Below are positions 1-7,788 of a stretch of 64,000 nucleotides of DNA, in pieces. This DNA is from Bdellovibrionota bacterium. GTDB taxonomy: Bacteria; Bdellovibrionota_G; JALEGL01; DATDPG01. Each line of letters begins with the position of its first letter. Within the stretch, counting starts at the first letter, position 1. The position numbers and the translations under genes were made by a program. Under the pieces are notes generated by a model. It did not search any database, was not told the origin of the DNA, and saw only the letters and a program-made list of their open reading frames with translations. The stretch covers positions 2,240,001-2,304,000 of the forward strand of contig OY764265.1 in NCBI GenBank assembly GCA_963668355.1, given 5' to 3'.

Positions 1-428
1 AGTCCAAACTTTTCGGCAGTTTCTTCGTAAGTTAAGTCCCAATCGAAATGATCTTGCGTAAGGCAATGGATGGAATATTCCAACACACGGTGACGAACCC
101 CCGAGGCTCCTTTTTCCATGAGTTCTGGAAGATACTGTTCTTCAACCATCGAGAAACGCGTCATGCCAATGCAGTGGTTGTGGCATTTGGGGCCTTCGGC
201 AGTTAAACATTCATACTCAGAAAAATAGCCAGGAAAGGTGACATATCCCGGTCTGGGGCCCTGAGAGAAGGTGTTCCCTCCCAATAGCGTTTGGCGACAC
301 TGACAGACGGCAAACCATTCCTCAGCCGATCCAAAACCAACCCAGGGAGTAGAGGCGTAGATCTGTGACGAAAAACAAGTGGATAAATAGAGCAAAAGAC
401 AAATGTTTCGAATCCTTAAAAACCTCAT
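1..428 (-). CDS. Hypothetical secreted Cys-rich protein, 3' end beyond the window edge
   Basis: Manual translation from ATG at 428 gives MRFLRIRNICLLLYLSTCFSSQIYASTPW..., open to the window edge; signal-peptide-like N-terminus; not in the ORF track. Confidence 0.65.
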   Translation of the reverse strand, partial: MRFLRIRNICLLLYLSTCFSSQIYASTPWVGFGSAEEWFAVCQCRQTLLGGNTFSQGPRPGYVTFPGYFSEYECLTAEGPKCHNHCIGMTRFSMVEEQYLPELMEKGASGVRHRVLEYSIHCLTQDHFDWDLTYEETAEKFG

Positions 429-537
429 AGAAACCCATCCCCCTTTTTGGGCGTTGTACCTTCTCCGGGAGAAAATACGAGATTTTTTAAGGGGGGAATA
501 TAGTTTTTAAGCCTGAAAAGGAGTAGGTTCCGCCCCC

Positions 538-1719
538 ATGTCTCCGGAAGTGAGGAAAGACTTTATTCGAATGCTTCTTGCCACGTTGTTTTTTGGGATG
601 GTGGCGGGAATTTTCACGTCGACCTTAAATAATTATCTTTCAGATGTTCATGGTCTTGGTGCGGAGGAACGAGGGTGGATGGAGTTTCCACGGGAATTGC
701 CTGGTTTTTTTCTCTTCCTGGTGATGGGCATTTTCTTAACGAGACTGCGAGAGGCCAGAATAGCGGCAGTTGCCATGTTCTTCACGGCTGTAGGGGCTTT
801 GGGCTTTAGTTTTCTTTCGAGTGGAATGGCGCTTCTCGTACTTTTTATGTTCGTTTGGTCCATGGGGGATCACATCATTTTTGGCGTCGAAGGACCCATT
901 GGTCTGAAATTGGCCAAAAAGGGAGCTGAAGGTCGACGTTTGGGACAAATTGGGGGAGCGAGAAATTTGGGGGTGATCTTAGGCGTAGGCGTGATCTACT
1001 TCCTGGCCAAGAGCATTGGAGACCGTTATGACCTCTTTTATCTCGGTGGTGCCATCTGTGCGGTGATTGCCGGAGGGCTTTATATGACCATCCAAACGGG
1101 TAAAGGGGATCCAAAATCCCGGCGATTGGTTTGGAGGTCCGAGTACAAACTTTTCTATGCGATCAGCGCGTTGTTTGGAATTCGAAAACAGATTTTCATT
1201 GTGTTTGGTTCTTGGGTGTTGGTTTCTCTTCATGGGGTTTCTGTTTCTACGATGGCGTTGCTTTATTTCATTGCAGCCTCCCTTGGCGTCTTGCTTCGTC
1301 CTCTGTTGGGCGACATTATTGATTGGCTCGGAGAAAGAACGGTTCTTGCGGCAGATGAAGTGCTATTGCTTTTCGTATGTTTGACCTACGCATTTTCCTC
1401 GGCTCTTTTTCCCAAACCTTGGGATCTATATTTGCTTTATGGGGCTTATATTTTAGATGTGACGCTCTTTGCGTTGCGAATTGCGCGAACCACCTACCTC
1501 AAGAAGATTGCACTTGACCCGAAAGACATTACGCCCACCATCACACTCGGGATTACGATTGACCATGCGGTGGCCATGACGCTTCCGGTCCTTTCCGGAT
1601 ACATTTGGGAATCATTCGGCTTCGAGTGGGTTTTTGTCTTGGCCAGTTTGATCGCTGTGGTAGGTTTTTTCGTCTGTTTGCAGATCAAAGTGCCGATACA
1701 AAAAACGATCAAAACTTGA
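538..1719 (+). CDS. MFS transporter
   Basis: 393 aa with about 12 hydrophobic segments; MFS motif-A-like GDIIDWLGER. Confidence 0.85.
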   Translation: MSPEVRKDFIRMLLATLFFGMVAGIFTSTLNNYLSDVHGLGAEERGWMEFPRELPGFFLFLVMGIFLTRLREARIAAVAMFFTAVGALGFSFLSSGMALLVLFMFVWSMGDHIIFGVEGPIGLKLAKKGAEGRRLGQIGGARNLGVILGVGVIYFLAKSIGDRYDLFYLGGAICAVIAGGLYMTIQTGKGDPKSRRLVWRSEYKLFYAISALFGIRKQIFIVFGSWVLVSLHGVSVSTMALLYFIAASLGVLLRPLLGDIIDWLGERTVLAADEVLLLFVCLTYAFSSALFPKPWDLYLLYGAYILDVTLFALRIARTTYLKKIALDPKDITPTITLGITIDHAVAMTLPVLSGYIWESFGFEWVFVLASLIAVVGFFVCLQIKVPIQKTIKT

Positions 1720-1733
1720 TAAAATACTCAGAT

Positions 1734-2936
1734 ATGCGAATCCGAATACTCTTTGGAACATTCTTCATTTTCTTCTCTTTTTTCTCATCATCCTCCGCTG
1801 CTCCCTTGATTCAGGGAGTGTCTGGGACTTTTGAACACGGAGAGACCATCACTCTTTCAGGGTCGGATTTCGGGAATCGTGTGGAGGACGAAACCTTCAT
1901 TTTCGACACGTTTGAATCAGGTACGTTCCAAGAGGATTGGGCCTCCACGTACGATTTATCCGTTGATTCGAGTGATCTTCGGCATCCACGTTCGCAGTAC
2001 CAAGCACATAACAATTTTGCCGAGGGAACGTCCCAGGGACGTTTCCAAGCCTCTCGCGATCATGTTTACGAAAAATGGTTCGCTCAATACTGGATGAAGG
2101 TGGATGAAAATTGGGATTGGGGAACCACTGGATACGATGGGGATGATCGCTTCCTCTCCAATATTAAGATCTTTCGCTTGTGGAATCCAAGTGACGCTGT
2201 CATTGAGAATTTTGTCGTGGCATTTGCTGGGTGGGGGGGCTCTTCTTTCATCTATACGGTTGAACATACAGGAGAGTCGGGCGAGTACATATACAATGCT
2301 ACGGACATGATGTCGAAGGGATCTTGGCACTTAATGCAGTTTCAGTATGGAGAAAATTCCTCTCCAGGAGCGGCAGATGGTCAATTCAAATTTTGGCTTG
2401 ATGGTGTAAAAATTGCGGATCGCGATGACATGATTACGAGACTGAACTTCGATGTTTTAAAGCGTCCGTTCATCATCGGTTTTTCGGCTGTGTGGGGACC
2501 GGGAAGCGGAGAAAGCTACCAGGCACCGAATGACTTTTATATGGATGATGTGTGGATGGATAATGCCTGGAATCGCGTCGAAATTTGTCCTGGGGAAACT
2601 TGGGCGGAAAAAGGAAAATGCGAAATTCAAGCCATCTCGACCTGGACAGATTCTTCGATTTCCATCGAGTTAAATCGTGGAGCTTTCAATTCAGGGGATG
2701 AATTTTATGTCTACGTAGTGGATGAATCCGGTGAAGTGAGTCCGCCTCAAGGCCCTTACGAGATGGGTGGAGAGGTTGATGAAGTCGTTGAAAGCGGTTC
2801 TCAGGATGACGGGGAGAGTGGGGGCGTTGTGAATTCGGGATGCCGATCTTCCGCAAGTACATCCTTAGAGATGTTTTTGGTCGTATTTTCGATGCTCGTA
2901 ATTCGACGAGTGGCTTTCGTTCGGGCAAAAGTTTGA
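1734..2936 (+). CDS. Secreted, membrane-anchored protein with a lectin/polysaccharide-lyase-like beta-sandwich domain and a MYXO-CTERM-like tail
   Basis: ATG 1734 gives a signal peptide (MRIRILFGTFFIFFSFFSSSSA); Trp/Asp-rich core (WHLMQF, DGQFKFWLDG, YMDDVW); acidic linker followed by SGC...FLVVFSMLVIRR. Confidence 0.6.
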   Translation: MRIRILFGTFFIFFSFFSSSSAAPLIQGVSGTFEHGETITLSGSDFGNRVEDETFIFDTFESGTFQEDWASTYDLSVDSSDLRHPRSQYQAHNNFAEGTSQGRFQASRDHVYEKWFAQYWMKVDENWDWGTTGYDGDDRFLSNIKIFRLWNPSDAVIENFVVAFAGWGGSSFIYTVEHTGESGEYIYNATDMMSKGSWHLMQFQYGENSSPGAADGQFKFWLDGVKIADRDDMITRLNFDVLKRPFIIGFSAVWGPGSGESYQAPNDFYMDDVWMDNAWNRVEICPGETWAEKGKCEIQAISTWTDSSISIELNRGAFNSGDEFYVYVVDESGEVSPPQGPYEMGGEVDEVVESGSQDDGESGGVVNSGCRSSASTSLEMFLVVFSMLVIRRVAFVRAKV

Positions 2937-3869
2937 GACGATTTCGGGCAACTCAATGAGAGCCACGTTTTGAAGATCTAGATTTCGATGCAATCTAATT
3001 TTTTCTAAGTAGGGGGCTCCCATGGAATCGGAAACAAAACCTGGATTGTTGATATAAATGGGATCTTCTAGAGCTTCTTCCACGGAAATGAATTCCACTC
3101 CCAGGGCTTTCAGTCTCAAAACAATCCTTTGAAACATTTCGGCCGTGAAGGTTCTCATATGAAGTAAAAGAATATGAGGGACGTCTCGATCAAAAAGCGT
3201 GTGCGCTAAGTTCGCATTGTAGGCAATTTGTTCCTCTAACGAGGACAGGAAATACTCCCGCAATTCGGAAATTTCTCCTGCGTTTTCTTCGTCCAGGCAT
3301 CTCAAATAAGCCGAATTGAACAGATAGTCATGGTTTTGAATCGTGACGGGGACCTCTTGATAAGCTTGACTTGCCATCCAATTTTGAAACGCATCATACT
3401 TCTCCCGGGTGTCTCCCTCGTGAAGGTAGGTGTATCGAAAATAATTGGGAAAGTGAGGAGGCACAATTTCGTTCAAAGTGGATTGGGCCATTTCAACTTC
3501 CTCAATGTAGTCTTCCACCGAAGACTCATGCAAGTCGATATGGGTAAAGGTGTGGTTCCCGATGATGGCTCCGGCTTGTGTCCAATCCCGTAGAATCTGT
3601 TCGGAGGAGTCGTCATAAACCCCTCCCGCAATGACAAAGCCCACAGCCCCAGGGATGGGGGCACGAGTGATTCCTCTTACGAAATAGTCACTCATTTCTT
3701 TTCGGGTCATTTGGTCCGAGTCGTCCCAAGGGAGGTCGTCGATTGTAATAGCCACTCTGTAGCGTGTTTCAGGTGATAGATTTAGGTCATAAGGATTGTG
3801 CTCTCTTCCGCAAGCCGAGAGAAGGAGCAAAATAATTGTCGTGAGAGCAATGTGGGGGATTTTTGCCAC
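2865..3869 (-). CDS. Lipoprotein polysaccharide deacetylase (CE4/NodB homology)
   Basis: Lipobox LLSAC; CE4 motifs TIDD, GNHTFTH, YFRYTY, ILLLH; GTG start overlaps the upstream TAG. Confidence 0.85.
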   Translation of the reverse strand: MAKIPHIALTTIILLLLSACGREHNPYDLNLSPETRYRVAITIDDLPWDDSDQMTRKEMSDYFVRGITRAPIPGAVGFVIAGGVYDDSSEQILRDWTQAGAIIGNHTFTHIDLHESSVEDYIEEVEMAQSTLNEIVPPHFPNYFRYTYLHEGDTREKYDAFQNWMASQAYQEVPVTIQNHDYLFNSAYLRCLDEENAGEISELREYFLSSLEEQIAYNANLAHTLFDRDVPHILLLHMRTFTAEMFQRIVLRLKALGVEFISVEEALEDPIYINNPGFVSDSMGAPYLEKIRLHRNLDLQNVALIELPEIVSNFCPNESHSSNYEHRKYDQKHL

Positions 3870-5557
3870 TAGAAACGATAGGTGATCAGCAGTTGACCGA
3901 CATATGCCCGATAGGCTCCACTGGTTTGCCTCAAATTATGACTGACAGAGATGGACGGTTCGAAGAGCCAATTCCGATAAATTCCAAAAATTCCCTGAAG
4001 GGTTCCATCCAACCCGAACTTATAATCGTCCATGGAGTTGTCTTTCAAAACGCCCAGAGCAGTGATGAGTCTCAAGCCGTCATTGTCACTGATTTTCCAA
4101 TAGAAATATCCGACCCCCATATAGCTTTGGTAAAGACTCGGTGAGTAATACCCATTTCCAGTTTGAGTATCGAATTTCATCCAGGAGGCCCGAACGCCAA
4201 GATCGATGTTGAAGTGTTCGGAACGCAATGCCACTCTTCTGGGTGCGACTACTCCATAGTAACTATGATTGTCATCGGTGAACTGATCCAAACCCGCTTG
4301 AAAATCTACGGTCCAATTGATCCCGGGTCTCCATTGCGCATTGAGGATGTTTCTAGATTGTTCAATTCCTAAAGAAAGCGTTCTCGGAGAGATGACGGCA
4401 AATCCATGGGCTCGGCTCAGGGAGAAATTGAAACTGTCAGAAACTCGAAAGTTGGCTTGGGCTCCATACGTTGGAATTTGACTCTCTCCCTCAGAGCGAG
4501 ATCCGCCCAGGTAGAACTTGGCCGCAAACCAAGAGTTCAATCGGTGTCCTAATCCAATGGTTCCCTTGGAATGAAAGGCTGTTCCATCCCCATTGGTTTT
4601 GTCTAAGCCACTTCCAGATCTGGCAGTAAGGTAATCTCCCCAACCTTCGGCTTCCAGAAAGGTACGCGGGGTGACATAGTGACGGCCACGCAGAAACAAA
4701 CTGGAAATGGTTAAATCATCTGTATCGCGGTAATGCGAAAGCCCGAGTGTAATGCGAGATCGTATGGGTAAACGCACGCCACGTTTCAGGGACTCCAGGT
4801 CCTGGGAGCCCGGATGCTTTTGTTCAAGGGCGGCGATGAGTCTCAATGACTCGTCCATTTCATTCTTCGCGTTCAAGGCGACCGCCTTGGTATACAGTGC
4901 ATCGAAATTTTCCGGATCTTTCTTGAGAATTTCTTCAAGGATTTCGAGGGAGGCGGAAGGTTTTCCTGCCCAGGCGAGAACGCGAGCCTTTTGTTGTCGG
5001 TAGGAATCATTTTCTCCGAATTTGATTTTATACGATTCGAGAAGATCCAAGGCTTCATCGTAGTCTCCGACCCAAGATTGAACTTTGATGGACTCAATCC
5101 AAGCTTCTTCATGGTTCGGATGTTTCTCCAAGAAATTTTCGTAGAGGCTTTCTGCTTCATCCAACTCACCGGCCCATGAATATGATTTTGCCAGAAGGAG
5201 TTCATCTTCTGAGTTATTCGGGTCCAGCGTTTGGAGTTTTTCCAGAGTTTCCAGGGCCAGTTGGCTATCTCCATTCCAATTGGCCAGTTGAGCTTGGGCT
5301 CTAAGATAGGTTGTGTTCTCCGGCTCTAATTTTACCGCCTTTTTGATGTTTCCAAGTGCGGAGAGGGGTTTGTTTAAGGCACCATATTCTTTGGAGAGCT
5401 TGTAAAAATGCTCCGCATTATCGGGCTGCGCTTCGGTCATTTGCTGTAGCGCTTTGAGTGCCGTGGAGTTTGGTTCTTCGGCTTTTGCCGGGCTTCCTAG
5501 AGAGGCAAACACGAAAACAAGAGGTGTGAAAAGAAGGCAAGAAAGGCGAGTTTTCAT
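3869..5557 (-). CDS. TPR-repeat plus C-terminal outer-membrane beta-barrel protein (PgaA/YaiO-like export porin)
   Basis: Signal peptide, repeated TPR-like helices with W-x-G motifs, amphipathic beta C-terminal half ending in TYRF; ATG 5557 overlaps the GT2 stop (TAATG); alternative start 5569. Confidence 0.75.
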   Translation of the reverse strand: MKTRLSCLLFTPLVFVFASLGSPAKAEEPNSTALKALQQMTEAQPDNAEHFYKLSKEYGALNKPLSALGNIKKAVKLEPENTTYLRAQAQLANWNGDSQLALETLEKLQTLDPNNSEDELLLAKSYSWAGELDEAESLYENFLEKHPNHEEAWIESIKVQSWVGDYDEALDLLESYKIKFGENDSYRQQKARVLAWAGKPSASLEILEEILKKDPENFDALYTKAVALNAKNEMDESLRLIAALEQKHPGSQDLESLKRGVRLPIRSRITLGLSHYRDTDDLTISSLFLRGRHYVTPRTFLEAEGWGDYLTARSGSGLDKTNGDGTAFHSKGTIGLGHRLNSWFAAKFYLGGSRSEGESQIPTYGAQANFRVSDSFNFSLSRAHGFAVISPRTLSLGIEQSRNILNAQWRPGINWTVDFQAGLDQFTDDNHSYYGVVAPRRVALRSEHFNIDLGVRASWMKFDTQTGNGYYSPSLYQSYMGVGYFYWKISDNDGLRLITALGVLKDNSMDDYKFGLDGTLQGIFGIYRNWLFEPSISVSHNLRQTSGAYRAYVGQLLITYRF

Positions 5558-6930
5558 TATTTTCTCCATTTGCGACTACGGAAGATCCATATATCGCTGG
5601 TGAATCTAATTAAGGTAAAGAGATCGTAAAAAACCGAAAGATATCTTAAGGGGGTGATGAGGACCCCCTTGAGGACATATTGAATTCTGTGTCCTTTAGC
5701 CACCAAGAAGAGAATGAGGCATGCCACGATGGTTTCAAGAAGGATCGTCCACAACAACACATCCCATCGTCCCAGAATCGCAAAGACTAAAAGGACGGCG
5801 GGGAAAGAGATTTTTTCAAAGAGCGAGGAGAACACGGACCAGCCAAGAGGGCGTCCGTGGGTTCGAGTCCGATCATCTCCAAATGTTTGGCGATAAGGTT
5901 CCTGAATTTTGCGTCGTTCCTCGTTTTTCTCTCTTTCCTTCTTGGAGGGCCTGCGTTTAAACAATTTAAAAGGAGAGCGAACCAGGAAATCAAAGTAATA
6001 ACAGCTTTGAAGGAAGGACGAGCTCCAGAGATAAATTTGTTTGGGGAGATAACCGGCAGTCGGCTCCTGCGAGCGAGCGCTGACGTCTTGAAGTTGGATG
6101 TTGCGGTAACCTCGATGGGCCAGGGCAAATCCAATGAAGATGTCTTCTGAGTTGGTGAGGTCATCTCCGAATTGTGGTTCGTAGGTGTCAAAAACATCTT
6201 TTAAACATTTTCTGCGGTAAGCGACTGCACATCCCACTGGATTGATGATGGAACCGAAAAAATACATTTGCCCTCGATATACAAATCTTTGAAGGAACAT
6301 ATAGAGGGCATCTCGATACGTGTTTGAAATGGTTCTTAGAAGTTTATCTTTTAAACCAATTTTGGAGGCGCGAGGAAGATCAGGGTGTTTTTCCAAAATG
6401 GTTTGAACTTGGGACAGCCTTTCTTCGCGGGCTCGGTCTTTCACGCGTAAGGGAAGGATGACGCCACAAGCAGAGGCAATGCCGATGGCTTTGTAAAGCT
6501 CCTCGACCGCTCTTTCGATGTAATTGACGTCGTGAAGGATGGTGTCAGCATCCAAGACAAAGATGACATCTGCATCCGATTCTCGAGATTGTCTTTTGAG
6601 TGTGGGGGTTTTGCCGATGGGTTCTTTCCGTTTGATGGCCAGGAGATCGATGTGGTTTTCCTCGCAAAAGATTTTGGCGTACTCCACGGTTTGATCTTTG
6701 CTCCCATCGTCAATGAGAACGATTCTCTTGGGTTTGAGGGTTTGTTTGGAAATCGAAGCCAGGGCCAAAATGATGTTTCGGGCTTCGTTGAGGGCTGGAA
6801 TCACCACTTCAACGCTGGCATTCCTCCAGTCTTCAGCAGGTGTGGGGACGGTTTTGTCGGGACCTCTAAGAAGTCCGAGAAAACTCATCACCGCATTTGG
6901 ACTGATTACAAAATAAGGAATATTTGCCAT
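5557..6930 (-). CDS. Processive-type family 2 glycosyltransferase
   Basis: IPALNE, DDGSKD, DADT, SED and a QxxRW-like QIYLW; C-terminal TM helices. Confidence 0.85.
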   Translation of the reverse strand: MANIPYFVISPNAVMSFLGLLRGPDKTVPTPAEDWRNASVEVVIPALNEARNIILALASISKQTLKPKRIVLIDDGSKDQTVEYAKIFCEENHIDLLAIKRKEPIGKTPTLKRQSRESDADVIFVLDADTILHDVNYIERAVEELYKAIGIASACGVILPLRVKDRAREERLSQVQTILEKHPDLPRASKIGLKDKLLRTISNTYRDALYMFLQRFVYRGQMYFFGSIINPVGCAVAYRRKCLKDVFDTYEPQFGDDLTNSEDIFIGFALAHRGYRNIQLQDVSARSQEPTAGYLPKQIYLWSSSFLQSCYYFDFLVRSPFKLFKRRPSKKEREKNEERRKIQEPYRQTFGDDRTRTHGRPLGWSVFSSLFEKISFPAVLLVFAILGRWDVLLWTILLETIVACLILFLVAKGHRIQYVLKGVLITPLRYLSVFYDLFTLIRFTSDIWIFRSRKWRK

Positions 6931-7118
6931 GTCTACACTCTTTTCGGGGGCCTAAAACCAAGAGGGAACTTCCCAAGCAACTATATATACGAAAGGCTTC
7001 TATTCGATTCTCAGAACTAACGCAAGGAGCTATCACCTGATTTAAACTAGGTTTTTCGGCTCTGAGGGGTTTGTCATCCGGGGGTCAGTCGGTTATGAAA
7101 TAAGGCAAAGGAGAGGTC

Positions 7119-7412
7119 ATGGATTCAGAGAAAAAGAAGAACTCACAACAAATTCCCGTGCAAGCTGAAGAGCGTGTGATCGGAGGTTTCTATAGCAATA
7201 CGGCCAAAATTGCCCACACGAAGGAGGAGTTTGTCATGGATTTCTTCCTTGTATTCCCTCCTGCAGCGAAGCTGGGCGCCCGAGTGGTGGTGGCTCCGAG
7301 TCATGCCAAAAGGCTGGTTCGGGCACTCAACGAAAACATTGCCAAATATGAGCAGAATTTTGGCCCCATTTCCGAAGTTCCCGATCCTCCCAAACCTCCG
7401 ATTGTCCATTAG
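7119..7412 (+). CDS. DUF3467-family protein
   Basis: YSNTAKIAHTKEEFVMDF...RVVVAPSHAKRLVRALNENIAKYEQNFGPI; GGAGAGG RBS. Confidence 0.85.
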   Translation: MDSEKKKNSQQIPVQAEERVIGGFYSNTAKIAHTKEEFVMDFFLVFPPAAKLGARVVVAPSHAKRLVRALNENIAKYEQNFGPISEVPDPPKPPIVH

Positions 7413-7462
7413 AGGAGAAGTGCGTGTTCAAGTGAAAAAGGATTCGCATCCGAACGAAAGAC

Positions 7463-7560
7463 GGAATGATCTACAGGGAGGGTCCTGACCTCCAGGAAAC
7501 AGGTTGGCTGCGCCCCGACAGTGCTCGTAACCTGTTTCCTGTCGGCCACCCTTTCATTCC
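7463..7560 (+). ncRNA. Candidate structured RNA 'R1', copy 1 (core 7480-7551)
   Basis: GGGTCCTGAC-[17-nt arm]-GCTGCGCCCCGACAGTGCTCG-[17-nt arm]-GCCACCC; 13-bp perfect stem 7493-7505/7529-7541; outer GGAATGA/TCATTCC pairing; second copy at 40958-41029. Confidence 0.6.
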
Positions 7561-7609
7561 TATCCAGGTTATTTATCTGTTCGTGATAATTTTCGTGAAC
7601 ACGTGAAGG

Positions 7610-7708
7610 GACAACTTCTGAGAGAAAGTGTGTGGGGGGGAGCCGGAACGCAAAGCGTTCCGGGGGGGAGGTTCCCTCCCCCGAGGTTTCACTTTCGTCC
7701 AGAAGTTG
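7610..7708 (+). repeat. 99-nt G-rich structured repeat 'R2', copy 1
   Basis: 92/99 identical to 29347-29445; inner hairpins CCGGAACGC-AAA-GCGTTCCGG and GGGGAG-GTTCC-CTCCCC. Confidence 0.85.
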
Positions 7709-7788
7709 CCCCTGATCGTGGTCCCCGGAAATATTTGAGGAGTTAAGGCGGTGACAGATGGGGTGGGAGTGCGTAAAAGACCTGCGTC

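Noticed and set aside
7517..7527. CAGTGC hexaloop in R1 resembling a eukaryotic iron-responsive element
   Set aside because: Only a 3-bp closing stem; the 5-bp upper stem and bulged C of an IRE are absent.
7480..7708. R1/R2 as a CRISPR array, integron attC sites, SRP RNA or a known riboswitch
   Set aside because: Not tandem; no cas or intI gene; no RYYYAAC/GTTRRRY ends; no SRP GGAA/AGCAG core; no aptamer consensus recognised.
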